This document shows, in pieces, positions 18,567-29,194 of a stretch of 64,000 nt of DNA. The notes under the pieces were generated by a model. The model did not search any database. It had not been told where the DNA came from and saw nothing but the letters and a program-made list of their open reading frames with translations. This DNA is from Minisyncoccota bacterium (GTDB lineage: Bacteria; Patescibacteriota; Minisyncoccia; Phycocordibacterales; UBA2100). Numbering within the stretch: position 1 is the first letter of the stretch; every line of letters begins with the position of its first letter. Both the position numbers and the translations under genes were made by a program. The stretch spans positions 330,814 through 394,813 of the forward strand of contig OZ253947.1 in the NCBI GenBank assembly GCA_965267345.1. Reading direction: 5' to 3'.

Positions 18567-19286
18567 ATGCGCGTACCACTTTTTATTCCAACACTGCTTC
18601 AGGCACTTGCATGGGGACCGACCAATCTACTCCTCCGATTTTTTTGCCACTTTACGGTCGTCGGGCGGACACATGCACTCGTTCCGAGCGGCACGCCATT
18701 GGTACTTGCGGCAAATCACCGCTCTGAGTTCGACCCGATCGCCGTTCGTGCAGCACTGCCGCTATTCTGGCGTCAGGCACCACTGCTGTACGTCACCGCA
18801 CCACTATCGAACTTCAAAAAGGAGAAAATGAATTGGCGCTTTCGTCTCTACAGCTCACGCTGGTTCTTTGCCGCGTGGGGTGCCTATCCCGCACTGACCA
18901 AAACAGGTGACTACGCGACGGCGCTGGCAACACACGAGGCATTTTTAACGCAGTGCCGTCGGTGCGTCCTTATTTTCCCCGAGGGAAAAATTGTGCGCGC
19001 GGGTGATGAGCCACGTATCCGCGGCGGCGTCGGCTACTTGGCGCTCCTTCCTGATACCATCACGGTGCCGGTGGCCATCAGCGGATTTGAAGGTATGAGC
19101 GTGAAAAGTTTTTTGCGTCGCTCCCACCACGTGCGCGTCGTATTCGGTGAATCGTACACTTCGCGTACACTGCGCGCACTCCGTCCCGCCACAGCCGAAG
19201 ACACCGTCTACCTTGCCGTGGCCCGTCAGTTGATGGGCGACATTACGCGCGTTAATAAGTCGCCCGCTACGCCGTCGGAGATGTAG
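18567..19286 (+). CDS. plsC: 1-acyl-sn-glycerol-3-phosphate acyltransferase family (PlsC-like)
   Basis: HxxxxD acyltransferase motif (ANHRSEFD) and FPEG motif (IFPEGKIVRAGDE). Confidence 0.7.
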   Translation: MRVPLFIPTLLQALAWGPTNLLLRFFCHFTVVGRTHALVPSGTPLVLAANHRSEFDPIAVRAALPLFWRQAPLLYVTAPLSNFKKEKMNWRFRLYSSRWFFAAWGAYPALTKTGDYATALATHEAFLTQCRRCVLIFPEGKIVRAGDEPRIRGGVGYLALLPDTITVPVAISGFEGMSVKSFLRRSHHVRVVFGESYTSRTLRALRPATAEDTVYLAVARQLMGDITRVNKSPATPSEM

Positions 19287-19298
19287 TACTATAGACAC

Positions 19299-20450
19299 AT
19301 GAAGCTCTTCTGGGGAATCCTTATGGACATTGTGGTGCTCTGGCGTCCACGGCTATTCACACCACGGGCGTATGGATACGCATTCCTCGTGCATCCGCGA
19401 AACCATCGCGACATCTTTCGCAAATTCCCGTTTTTGCGCTTCCTGCCGGCATGGGGCATGCGGCTATTCGAACGCTACTGGTTTCCGACAACGGTATCCC
19501 GTATTACGGGACTGACTGACACCGAGACCGGTGAGCCGGTGCGCGGGTTTGTCATCTCAATTCCAATGACCGCACAGAGTATGCTCGATGATCGCACACA
19601 CGCACTGGCACAAATTCGCCGCGCCACCCGACTGGCCCGTAACAAGGGTGCAAAAATAATCGGACTTGGTGCACTCACGGCATCGCTCTCGGCGGGCGGG
19701 CGGGCCCTGACCGACATAGACGGCATCGTTATCACCACCGGCCATGCCTATACGGGACACACGGTGAGCAACACACTGCTGCGCACGTACGAAGATATGG
19801 GCGTCGACCCGACACAGGTCACCGTGGCCATTGTCGGCGCGGCCGGTTCCATCGGGTCAACATCAGCACGCCTGCTTGCCCAATCGGGTGTGCCGCACAT
19901 TATTTTGATTGACCTGCAGCGAAAACTCGACACGGTCGTGCGTTTGCGCGATGAGCTGCAGCGGCAGTATCCACGCGGCACCTTTGCCGTGACAGACGAC
20001 CTGAGCAGCATTCGAAAGGCAACCGGAGTCATCACCGCTACTAATGCACCCGACGCACTCGTACGATCCGATCATGTCGCTGACGGTACGATCATTGTCG
20101 ATGATGCACAGCCAACTGACGTCGCCGAAGAGCTCTTTGACCGCCAGGCAGTGTTGGTGCTGGAAGCCGGCGCGGTGCGCACACCCGGTATCAGTGCGCA
20201 CTTCAAGATGGGGCTCGCACACCCCGAGGATAACTTTTGCTGCATGGCCGAGGTACTCATTCTCGCGGCACATCGCTGGAATACGAGTACTGTGGGCGAC
20301 GTGCAGATTGACACCGTGACGCACATCGCTGCACTTGGTGATGCACTCGGCTTCACACTGGCACCGCGCCAGAATGAGCGCGGTCTTATTACCGATGCAC
20401 ACTTTGCTGCAGTCGCCACGGCGGTCCGTGCGCGCATGCTACCCGCTTAG
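19299..20450 (+). CDS. NAD(P)-binding reductase resembling long-chain acyl-[ACP] reductase (AAR family)
   Basis: Rossmann motif VTVAIVGAAGSIGSTSARLL. The C-terminal block FCCMAEVLILAAHRWNTSTVGDVQIDTVTHIAALGDAL parallels the cyanobacterial AAR block [39 protein letters not shown]. Confidence 0.55.
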   Translation: MKLFWGILMDIVVLWRPRLFTPRAYGYAFLVHPRNHRDIFRKFPFLRFLPAWGMRLFERYWFPTTVSRITGLTDTETGEPVRGFVISIPMTAQSMLDDRTHALAQIRRATRLARNKGAKIIGLGALTASLSAGGRALTDIDGIVITTGHAYTGHTVSNTLLRTYEDMGVDPTQVTVAIVGAAGSIGSTSARLLAQSGVPHIILIDLQRKLDTVVRLRDELQRQYPRGTFAVTDDLSSIRKATGVITATNAPDALVRSDHVADGTIIVDDAQPTDVAEELFDRQAVLVLEAGAVRTPGISAHFKMGLAHPEDNFCCMAEVLILAAHRWNTSTVGDVQIDTVTHIAALGDALGFTLAPRQNERGLITDAHFAAVATAVRARMLPA

Positions 20451-20464
20451 ATTTACGTACTCCG

Positions 20465-22108
20465 ATGGATATTGCGTTTGACGCCATAAATATTCTGATC
20501 ATTTTTGCCTCAATCGGCAGCCTGATTTACGGCTGGCTCGTGTATTCGCGCCACCATGGCTCATACAGCAATATCCTCTTCTTCTTGCTCACCATTTCGG
20601 TCGCGCTGTGGGGATTTTTCATGGTGCTCTACCGCAGCACCGATGATATCGCGGCGACGATCGTATTTGCGCGATTACTCTACGCCGCAGCTGCGGCAAT
20701 TCCGATTTTATTCTTTCTCTTTGCCTCAGTATTTCCGGCAGAGCGACGAAAGCTCTCGGCACTGGTGCGCTTTGGCGCACCGTCGGTGCTGGTGATCATG
20801 CTCGCCGTTGCACTGCTCCCCGACGCGCTTATCCGCGACGTACTTCTGCGCGCACCGGACGAGCCGTTTATTGTATTTAATCACGGCATGCATTTGGCCT
20901 ACGCGCTGTTTATCGTGTCATTTTTCCTCCTCGGCTACGTGCAGCTTATCCGCACCTATCTGCGCGAGCAGCGCATCATTCGCACACAGGTGATCTACAT
21001 ATTCCTCGGCACGCTCGTGCCCACATCACTGAGCCTCATTACCAACTTGCTGCTGCCTATCTATGGCATCTTCGATTGGAACTGGTTCGGGCAAATTAGC
21101 ACCGTCATTATGTCGAGCTTGATTACGTACGGTATCTTTAAGCACCGTATTTTCAACGTTCGCATCATCGTCACGGAGGTACTCATTTTCTTCGTGTGGC
21201 TCACCGCATTCCTGCGCATCGTCTTTGCTGAAACAACCGCTGCGGTGATATTCAACACCATTGCATTTAGCATTCTCGTTATCATCGGTTACTGGCTGGT
21301 GCGCAGCGTTACCCGTGAAGTGGAGACACGCGAAAAGCTCGAAGAACTCACCGTGAAGCTGCGTTCGACCAATGCACGACTGCGCGAACTGGATCGCCAA
21401 AAGTCGGAATTCCTCTCAATTGCCACACACCAGCTACGCGGCCCGCTGGCAGCAATTCGTGGCCACCTCTCGCTCATACTCGAGGGAAACTACGGGGCGG
21501 TATCTGACAAGACACACGAGGTCGTGAGCCAAATGTATCGCACAAGTGGCCTAATGGCGCAGACGATTACCGACTTTCTCAATGTCTCCCGCATTGAGCA
21601 GGGGCGCATGCAGTATGAAAAAACGGTCTTCGATTGTCGCGAACTGACGGCAGAAATTGTCGACGAGCTCGCGGCAAGTGCCACGGCCAAAGGGCTCTCG
21701 CTTACGCTGCAGGAACACAAAGATGCACGACCGGCGTACGTCTACGCTGATTACCCGAAAATTCGCCATATTGTGTTTAACCTTGTCGACAATGCAATTA
21801 AGTACACACCTGAAGGATGGGTGCACATTAGCGTCATGCGCACCGATGCACGGCGCACCGTGCGCATTATTGTTGCCGACACCGGTATCGGTATTTCGGC
21901 GCAGGAACTTCCGGGGCTCTTCGAAAAGTTTGTGCGTGCGCGAAAAGCCTCAGGCATCAATATCAACGGCACGGGACTCGGCCTCTACGTCGCGCGCGAA
22001 ATGGTGCGCGCACACGACGGACGCATCTGGGCTGAGTCAGAGGGAGAAGGGAAGGGGTCACGCTTTGTGGTTGAATTACCGCTCACGACAAAAGAGCCTG
22101 ATGCCTAG
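20465..22108 (+). CDS. sensor histidine kinase with N-terminal 7-TM sensor domain
   Basis: About 7 TM helices, then HisKA (SEFLSIATHQLRGPL) and HATPase_c (DTGIGI..GTGLGLYV). No adjacent response regulator. Confidence 0.75.
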   Translation: MDIAFDAINILIIFASIGSLIYGWLVYSRHHGSYSNILFFLLTISVALWGFFMVLYRSTDDIAATIVFARLLYAAAAAIPILFFLFASVFPAERRKLSALVRFGAPSVLVIMLAVALLPDALIRDVLLRAPDEPFIVFNHGMHLAYALFIVSFFLLGYVQLIRTYLREQRIIRTQVIYIFLGTLVPTSLSLITNLLLPIYGIFDWNWFGQISTVIMSSLITYGIFKHRIFNVRIIVTEVLIFFVWLTAFLRIVFAETTAAVIFNTIAFSILVIIGYWLVRSVTREVETREKLEELTVKLRSTNARLRELDRQKSEFLSIATHQLRGPLAAIRGHLSLILEGNYGAVSDKTHEVVSQMYRTSGLMAQTITDFLNVSRIEQGRMQYEKTVFDCRELTAEIVDELAASATAKGLSLTLQEHKDARPAYVYADYPKIRHIVFNLVDNAIKYTPEGWVHISVMRTDARRTVRIIVADTGIGISAQELPGLFEKFVRARKASGININGTGLGLYVAREMVRAHDGRIWAESEGEGKGSRFVVELPLTTKEPDA

Positions 22109-22152
22109 CCGTACAATTCGCTTTTTCAGCACGTTTTGGTACCATTGCTGCA

Positions 22153-23103
22153 ATGACAACAGACGGAACACAGCGATTACTCACCGGATTGCAGCCATCG
22201 GGCACCCTCCACCTCGGCAACTATTTTGGCTCACTTAAGCCATTTGTTGACACTTACCGCGACTACGACAGTTTTTTGCTTGTGGTTGACTACCACGCAC
22301 TGACAACACTGCGCGACGGCGCTGCACTGCGTCAGCACACAATCGACATCGTGAAGGACTACCTCGCCGCCGGCGTTGACCCTGCGCACGCACTGGTATT
22401 CAAGCAGTCTGACGTGCCGCAGCACACAGAGCTGGCGTGGATCTTGGAGTGCTTGGTCAGTGTCCCGTTCCTACAACAGGCGCATGCGTACAAAGACAAA
22501 GTGGCCAAAGGTCTTGAGGCAAATGCCGGGCTCTTTAACTATCCGATGCTCATGGCAGCTGACATCTTACTCTACGACGTTGACGTGGTCCCCGTTGGTA
22601 AAGACCAACAGCAGCACATTGAGTACGCTCGCGAAGCAGCAGGGAAATTCAACAATGCGTACGGCGAAACGTTTACCGCACCACAGGAACGCATTACTGA
22701 CGGCGTTGGCACGGTTGTCGGTACCGACGGACAAAAGATGAGTAAAAGCTACAATAATACGATTCCGCTCTTCGGCAGCACTGATGACATTCATGCCGCG
22801 GTGATGGGTATCGTGACCGACTCAACCGGCGATCGTCCCGAACACGTGTACGCACTCCACCGTCTCCTGAAGTCTGAAGACGAGCTGAAACCACTGTACG
22901 AACAGCACGCAGGACAGTACAAGGCACTCAAGGAGGCACTGGCCGCAGATATCGATGCGCTCGTGGCACCGATGCGCGAGGCGCGAGCGCAGATAACCGA
23001 TGCCGATGTGCGCGCACTCCTTACCGAGCACGGTACGCGCGCGCGCGAATGCGCAGAGGCGAAAATGGCTGATGTGCGAGCAAAAATTGGCGTAACGATA
23101 TAA
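22153..23103 (+). CDS. trpS: tryptophan--tRNA ligase
   Basis: GLQPSGTLHLGNYFG (HIGH-like) and KMSKS (QKMSKS). Confidence 0.9.
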   Translation: MTTDGTQRLLTGLQPSGTLHLGNYFGSLKPFVDTYRDYDSFLLVVDYHALTTLRDGAALRQHTIDIVKDYLAAGVDPAHALVFKQSDVPQHTELAWILECLVSVPFLQQAHAYKDKVAKGLEANAGLFNYPMLMAADILLYDVDVVPVGKDQQQHIEYAREAAGKFNNAYGETFTAPQERITDGVGTVVGTDGQKMSKSYNNTIPLFGSTDDIHAAVMGIVTDSTGDRPEHVYALHRLLKSEDELKPLYEQHAGQYKALKEALAADIDALVAPMREARAQITDADVRALLTEHGTRARECAEAKMADVRAKIGVTI

Positions 23104-23109
23104 TAGTGT

Positions 23110-24438
23110 ATGGAACGAACGCGCATAGCAGCATTAGGAGAGCATATCGGCGAGACGAGATCCATCTCGGGATCCATCTCGGTACGCCGAGATCACGGCA
23201 AATTGATGTTTCTGGTCGTCCGCGACCGCAGCGGCAGTGTTCAAGCCGTCATCAAGAGCGATGCACCCGCGTTTGAACAGGCGGAACAACTACGTGAAGA
23301 GTGGGTCGTGCGCATGGAGGGCGAGGTGAAGGCGCGTCCCGAGAACATGCGTAAGGACGAACAAAATGGTGATATTGAATTTGTCATCACGGCGATCACG
23401 ATACTGAGCTCGGCCCGTGAGTTGCCGTTTGCCATTGACGCTGAATTGAATTTGGATACCTACCTTGACCATCTGCCGCTTACGCTCCGCACCCAGCGGT
23501 CGCGCGATGTCTTTGCGGTGCAAGAAACCATTATCGCCACCTTCCGTGATGCGCTGCGTGAGCAGGACTTTACTGAGTATCAGGCACCCGCACTCGTTGG
23601 CGGTGACGCTGAAGGCGGTGCCGCGGCGTTCTCCGTGAACTACTACAACGACAAAGCGGCGTACTTGGCGACGAGTCCGCAGCTCTACAAGCAAATACTG
23701 GTTGGCGTATTCGAGCGCGTGTTTAGCACCTCAAAAGTCTTCCGCGGTGAGAAATCAGCAACGACGCGGCATCTTGCTGAATACACTTCACTTGACTTTG
23801 AAATGGGGTTCATCACTGACCACACTGACATCATGCGCATGACCGAACACGTGTACCGGCGCATTGTGGCAGCTGTTGCAGAGCGTCACGCTGACGTTTT
23901 TGCACGGTTCGGCATCGATGCACCCCGCGCGCCGGAGAACTTTCCCGTGCTCACGCTAGCGCAGGCACAGGAATTGCTTGAGCGCGACTACGGCGCAACC
24001 GACGTTGTCGGTGAACCTGATCTTGAGCCCGAGCACGAGCGCCAGCTCAGCGCATGGGCCCGCGAGCACCACGATTCAGACTTTGTCTTTGTCACGCACT
24101 ATCCGGTTGCAAAGCGCCCGTTCTACACCCAGGAAGATCCGGAACAGCCAGGCTTTACGAAGAGCTTTGACCTGCTCTTCCGCGGCCTTGAGGTGACAAC
24201 CGGCGGGCAACGCGTCCATGAGTACGATGCACTGGTCGCCAAGATGGAAGCGCGCGGGCTCAACCCTGATACGTTCGCGTTTTACCTTGAGGCATTCAAA
24301 TACGGCCTGCCGCCACACGGCGGTGTCGGGAATGGTCTCGAGCGCATCACCGAGTGCATGCTCGGCTTGCACAACATCCGCGAGGCAACACTGTTCCCGC
24401 GTGACATGAACCGCATTGACCGCCGCTTATCCGAGTAA
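23110..24438 (+). CDS. aspS: aspartate--tRNA ligase, archaeal/type-2 (AspRS/AsnRS-like, 442 aa)
   Basis: OB-fold anticodon-binding N-terminus plus class II motifs (FRGE, GLPPHGGVGNGLER). Confidence 0.85.
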   Translation: MERTRIAALGEHIGETRSISGSISVRRDHGKLMFLVVRDRSGSVQAVIKSDAPAFEQAEQLREEWVVRMEGEVKARPENMRKDEQNGDIEFVITAITILSSARELPFAIDAELNLDTYLDHLPLTLRTQRSRDVFAVQETIIATFRDALREQDFTEYQAPALVGGDAEGGAAAFSVNYYNDKAAYLATSPQLYKQILVGVFERVFSTSKVFRGEKSATTRHLAEYTSLDFEMGFITDHTDIMRMTEHVYRRIVAAVAERHADVFARFGIDAPRAPENFPVLTLAQAQELLERDYGATDVVGEPDLEPEHERQLSAWAREHHDSDFVFVTHYPVAKRPFYTQEDPEQPGFTKSFDLLFRGLEVTTGGQRVHEYDALVAKMEARGLNPDTFAFYLEAFKYGLPPHGGVGNGLERITECMLGLHNIREATLFPRDMNRIDRRLSE

Positions 24439-24450
24439 TACATCCAGCAC

Positions 24451-25842
24451 ATGAACATTACCATCGGCACCGCCACAAAAAAGCACGTTCGTATTGTCTG
24501 CGATGAGCAGAAGACGCTCCGCAGCACCGAAGGGGAACTGACGTTTGGCGTCAAGAAGTATAAAACCGTATCGCGCCGCGACGTACTCCGTTTGTTTCGT
24601 AAAATGATCCGCACGGCGCGCACGCACGAGCACACCCACCTTGCGCTCGATTGGCGCACATTCGACGCATTTCCCGCGCTTGCTGATGAGACTCCCGCAC
24701 GGCGCGCTGAGCTACTCAGCATCGAAATGACACTCGCGAATTACGCATTCGTCCAGTACAAGACAAAGCCAAAAGGAGGGTGGCGCGCGGTACAGGAGGT
24801 AGTGCTCACACACGTACCCCAGCGCAACAACGCAAAGGTACGCGCCGGCCTCAAGCGCGGTCGCATTATCGCTGAAGAAATGAATGCGGCACGCACGCTG
24901 GCAAATATCCCCGGCAGCGACATGTCGCCAAAGCAATTGGCTGCGGCCATCAAAAAGGCGGCCCGTGGTGTCAAAGGGCTCCGCGTACGTGTACTGGGTC
25001 GGGCAGAAATGAAAAAGCGCGGAATGGGTGCCATTCTCGGTGTCGGACAGGGTTCGGCGCATGAGCCACAACTGATTGTCGTTGAGTATACGGGTGCTGC
25101 CAAAACGCAAAAGCCAATTTGCCTCGTCGGCAAAGGGATCACGTACGACACCGGTGGGTTGAGCCTTAAACCGAGCGACTACATGCTCGGTATGCAGATG
25201 GATATGACAGGCGGGGCACTGGTGCTGCACAGTGTCATTGCCGCAGCAAAACTCGGTATGAAGAAAAATGTTGTGGCCGTTGTCGGTGCAGCGGAAAATG
25301 CCATCGGTAAAGACAGTTACAAACCGGGTGACGTCCTCAAGAGCCTCTCGGGTAAAATGATTGAGGTAAAAAACACCGACGCGGAAGGACGTCTCGTACT
25401 TGCTGACGCACTTACCTACGCACAAAAAACCTACACGCCACGCCTGATCGTTGACGTGGCGACGCTGACGGGCGCGTCGCTCGTTGCCGTCGGGCAGGTT
25501 GCCTCAGTGGTGATGTCACGTGATGAGGATTTTGCATGGCGTCTGCGCCACATGGGCGAGACTGAAGGGGAGTACATGTGGCCACTGCCGCTCTGGGACG
25601 ACTATCGCGCCGAACTCGTGGAGAGCCATATTGCCGACGTTGCCAATATCGGCAAAACGCGATGGGCGGGCACCATTGAAGCAGGTATGTTCCTTGCTGA
25701 ATTCGTCGACAAAAAGCAGCCGTGGATTCACATTGATATTGCACCGCGCATGGAAGCAGTGGCACGCGACTGCCTCGCCGAAGGCTCGACGGGTGAACCG
25801 CTTCGCACACTGCTTTCATTAACACAGGAGTACCGCGGATAG
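24451..25842 (+). CDS. pepA: leucyl aminopeptidase (M17)
   Basis: NTDAEGRL motif and the conserved VGKGITYDTGG. Confidence 0.85.
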   Translation: MNITIGTATKKHVRIVCDEQKTLRSTEGELTFGVKKYKTVSRRDVLRLFRKMIRTARTHEHTHLALDWRTFDAFPALADETPARRAELLSIEMTLANYAFVQYKTKPKGGWRAVQEVVLTHVPQRNNAKVRAGLKRGRIIAEEMNAARTLANIPGSDMSPKQLAAAIKKAARGVKGLRVRVLGRAEMKKRGMGAILGVGQGSAHEPQLIVVEYTGAAKTQKPICLVGKGITYDTGGLSLKPSDYMLGMQMDMTGGALVLHSVIAAAKLGMKKNVVAVVGAAENAIGKDSYKPGDVLKSLSGKMIEVKNTDAEGRLVLADALTYAQKTYTPRLIVDVATLTGASLVAVGQVASVVMSRDEDFAWRLRHMGETEGEYMWPLPLWDDYRAELVESHIADVANIGKTRWAGTIEAGMFLAEFVDKKQPWIHIDIAPRMEAVARDCLAEGSTGEPLRTLLSLTQEYRG

Positions 25843-25868
25843 CTGCCCAGATACGGTATACTGGGGGT

Positions 25869-26588
25869 ATGGCGCACGCGCATTTTACCGTTGCAGTAGG
25901 GGATTTTCGGGGACCATTGGAGGTGCTGCTTGACTTAATCGAAAAGCGGCAGCTTTTTGTAAACGATATCCCGCTGGCTGAAGTTGCGGACGACTACATC
26001 CGCTACATTCAGGAAACACCCGACGTGCCGCTGACGGAAACAGCACAGTTTGTCCTCGTCGCGGCAACACTGCTCCTCATTAAGTCGCGCTCGCTTCTGC
26101 CACGCATTGCACTCACCAGCGAGGAGGAAGAGGACATACGGGATTTGGAGCACCGCTTGGCACTGTACGCCCGCATTCGCGACGCACAACGCACGCTTAA
26201 AAAGCAGTGGGGTCATGGCTACCTGCGCACCACCGCGCACCGGCGTGAGCCGATACCCACATTTGCACCGGCGTCTGACATCACCCGCAATGCGCTACAC
26301 ACCACTGCGACACAGCTCATTGCCGCGCTCCCGAGCGCCCAGCGCACACCGACGGCACGAGTCACGCGCACCATTAATCTCGATGACGTTATTGCGTCGC
26401 TGCATGATCGCATACAGCAGGCGTGCGACGACACCTTCCGCACCATGACGGCGCATGCCGATCGCATCGAGACGATTGTGCACTTCCTCGCACTGCTTGA
26501 ACTCGTCAAGCGCGAATCAATTACTGCTCAGCAAGATGTACACTTTGCTGATATACAGCTCGCACGACGCGACACCGCACACGTATGA
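25869..26588 (+). CDS. scpA: segregation and condensation protein A
   Basis: N-terminal FRGPLEVLLDLIEKRQLFVNDIPLAEVADDYIRYI. Overlaps scpB by 4 nt. Confidence 0.75.
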   Translation: MAHAHFTVAVGDFRGPLEVLLDLIEKRQLFVNDIPLAEVADDYIRYIQETPDVPLTETAQFVLVAATLLLIKSRSLLPRIALTSEEEEDIRDLEHRLALYARIRDAQRTLKKQWGHGYLRTTAHRREPIPTFAPASDITRNALHTTATQLIAALPSAQRTPTARVTRTINLDDVIASLHDRIQQACDDTFRTMTAHADRIETIVHFLALLELVKRESITAQQDVHFADIQLARRDTAHV

Positions 26589-27157
26589 ATACAACTGAAC
26601 GAAATATCGAAGCGCTGCTCTACGCCAATGGCGGTGAAATGAAAAAGACTGCTCTTGCCCACGCGCTCTCACTTTCAGACACAGCCCTTGATGAAGCGCT
26701 TGCGCATCTCAACGAAGCGCTGGACGGCCACGCACTCGTACTGATTGTCACTGACACGACCGTCTCGCTTCGCACTGCTGCTGAGCAGGATACGTTCTTA
26801 CGTGAGCACGAGCGCGCGACGCTGCTGCGCGACGTGGGGCAAGCCGGGCTTGAGGTGCTCACCATCGCACTGTACAAGGGTCGTGTCGCGCGCAGTGACA
26901 TTGACTACATACGTGGTGTAAACTCTGCACAGACGCTCCGCCACCTCGTTATGCGTGGACTGCTTGAGCGTCTCCCACATCCCGATGATAGCCGCCAGTG
27001 GCTATATGCGGTCACGCCGGAGTTGTTAGCACATCTTGGTATCACTGACGTCGCTGCACTGCCTGACTATGAACACATCGTGAGCGCTCTGGCTGCTCCC
27101 CAGGAGGAAGCAGCGACCGAGCGTGCCAAGGATGGCGATACGCAGTTACCTACATGA
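26585..27157 (+). CDS. scpB: segregation and condensation protein B
   Basis: Tandem winged-helix pattern (EALLYANGGEM..; LEVLTIALYKGRVARSDIDYIRGVNSAQTLRHLVMRGLL). Confidence 0.75.
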   Translation: MNTTERNIEALLYANGGEMKKTALAHALSLSDTALDEALAHLNEALDGHALVLIVTDTTVSLRTAAEQDTFLREHERATLLRDVGQAGLEVLTIALYKGRVARSDIDYIRGVNSAQTLRHLVMRGLLERLPHPDDSRQWLYAVTPELLAHLGITDVAALPDYEHIVSALAAPQEEAATERAKDGDTQLPT

Positions 27158-28098
27158 ACAATTGTATGCACGACACATCAACATCACACGATTCGCAACT
27201 AGTGCTGACCTACGCAGCGCTGCTTTCTGCATGCGGGTTGTTGCTGCTTGTTGTGCTGGCGGCGCGCACACCGCTCATAACACCGCAACAGCCACACGTA
27301 GCTGCAGTGAGTGCTGCCGTACCGACACCAACGCATGCATTTGACGACGTGCGTATTGTCGGCGATGCGGCCTACGTATACGATGTGTACAACGACCGAC
27401 CGCACTACGCGCAAAATGAACACGCACAGCTCCCCTTGGCATCACTGACAAAGATTATGCTCGCACTGATTGTTGCGGAGGAACTTGATCTGAACAGCGT
27501 CATTCGTATTACCGCCGACGACCTCACGCCCGAGGGTGAATCGGGGTTTGTTGCCGGTGAACGCTGGCGCGTGCGCGAACTGCTCGATTTCACACTGATG
27601 ACATCGTCAAATGACGGGGCGACCGCACTGGCACGAGTCGTGGAGCGCGAAACGGGGCGCGACATCGCAACACTCATGAATGCCCGTGCACGTGAACTAG
27701 GTCTCGCCCAAACGTACTTTTTAAATGAAACCGGCCTCGACAACAGCGTACTCTCAAGTGGTGCGTACGGCTCTGCTGCCGACATCGGAGCACTGTTTTC
27801 GTATGCGTACACCCACGTGCCGGAAGTGCTTGCAGCCACCGCGCACGAAGCGCATACATTCAGCAACTTTGACGGCAAGGCGTATGAGGCGACGAATACC
27901 AATGTCGCGCTGCATGAGCTTCCGGGAATTGTGTTTGGTAAGACCGGCTTTACCGATCTTGCAGGCGGTAATCTCGCGGTCGTCATCGAGCCTGAACCAC
28001 AGCACGCACTCGTTGTGGTGGTACTCGGCTCAACGATCGACCAACGCTTTACTGACGTACTCACCCTAGCGCGCACGGCGCGATCACCCGCACACTAA
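27154..28098 (+). CDS. D-alanyl-D-alanine carboxypeptidase (serine-type, PBP5-like)
   Basis: SxxK (SLTKIM), SxN (SSND) and KTG (KTGFT) motifs, with an N-terminal TM anchor. Confidence 0.75.
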   Translation: MNNCMHDTSTSHDSQLVLTYAALLSACGLLLLVVLAARTPLITPQQPHVAAVSAAVPTPTHAFDDVRIVGDAAYVYDVYNDRPHYAQNEHAQLPLASLTKIMLALIVAEELDLNSVIRITADDLTPEGESGFVAGERWRVRELLDFTLMTSSNDGATALARVVERETGRDIATLMNARARELGLAQTYFLNETGLDNSVLSSGAYGSAADIGALFSYAYTHVPEVLAATAHEAHTFSNFDGKAYEATNTNVALHELPGIVFGKTGFTDLAGGNLAVVIEPEPQHALVVVVLGSTIDQRFTDVLTLARTARSPAH

Positions 28099-28110
28099 TA
28101 CGCTACTGGT

Positions 28111-29181
28111 ATGGATATTGAACTTCTCAACCTCATCAAAGTAATTACACCGGCCGTTGTTGCCTTTGCCGTTGGTATTGCCATTACGCCGCTCATTACG
28201 CACTACCTCTACCATTACCGCGCGTGGAAGAAAACGCCGGGGAAACAGGCGCTCGACGGCAGTGAAGCCGTGGAATTTAATCGACTGCACAAGGAGCGCG
28301 AGCGGCACGTGCCGCGTATGGGCGGCGTAGTGATCTGGGGGAGCGCACTCATTACCATCTTGAGCATCTGGCTACTGTCGCTGCTCTGGCCAACCGCCGG
28401 TACCGTAAAAATGGACTTTTTGAGTCGTGCGCAAACATGGATTCCGCTCTTTGCACTGAGTATCGGTGCACTGGTCGGACTGGCGAATGACCTTCTTGAC
28501 GTATACGGAAAGGGGAGCGGCCTGCCGCTTCGCGGCCGCCTGAGCGTGGTGATTGCGCTGGCACTGTTTATCGGATGGTGGTTCTTCGCACGGCTGGACA
28601 TCACTGCCATCGGCATTCCCTTTGCAGCGCAGCCACTTGAGGTCGGCTGGCTTATCATTCCATTTTTCGTGATTGTGTCGCTGGCAGTGTACGCCAGTGG
28701 TGTTATTGACGGCCTCGACGGGCTTTCGGGTGGTGTCTTTGCAAGTATCTTTGCAGCCTACGCAGCAATTGCGCTGGCACAGAATCAGATCGACCTCGCT
28801 GCATTTTGTGCCATGCTTGTCGGCGCGATTCTTGCGTTCCTCTGGTTTAACATTCCACCTGCTCGCTTTTTTATGACCGAAACGGGGAGCATGGCACTTA
28901 CGCTCGCCCTTGCCTCGGTGGTATTCATGACCGACACACTCGGAGACGGCGTCGGCATCGCAGTGCTCCCGATTATCGGCGCACTCCTCGTCGTCACCGT
29001 CGCCAGCTCGATCGTACAAATGCTCACGAAGCGCTACTTCGGACGTAAACTCTTCCGTATTGCACCGCTCCACCACCACTTTGAAGCTATCGGATGGCCG
29101 ACGAGTAAAGTAGTGATGCGCTACTGGGTGCTGAGCGCAATTTTTGCATTTGTCGGCATTATTATTGCCTTGATCGGCTAG
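28111..29181 (+). CDS. mraY: phospho-N-acetylmuramoyl-pentapeptide transferase
   Basis: Polytopic membrane protein with the MraY motifs (DD..DGLDGL, HHHFE). Confidence 0.9.
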   Translation: MDIELLNLIKVITPAVVAFAVGIAITPLITHYLYHYRAWKKTPGKQALDGSEAVEFNRLHKERERHVPRMGGVVIWGSALITILSIWLLSLLWPTAGTVKMDFLSRAQTWIPLFALSIGALVGLANDLLDVYGKGSGLPLRGRLSVVIALALFIGWWFFARLDITAIGIPFAAQPLEVGWLIIPFFVIVSLAVYASGVIDGLDGLSGGVFASIFAAYAAIALAQNQIDLAAFCAMLVGAILAFLWFNIPPARFFMTETGSMALTLALASVVFMTDTLGDGVGIAVLPIIGALLVVTVASSIVQMLTKRYFGRKLFRIAPLHHHFEAIGWPTSKVVMRYWVLSAIFAFVGIIIALIG

Positions 29182-29194
29182 GGGACACGAGGCT

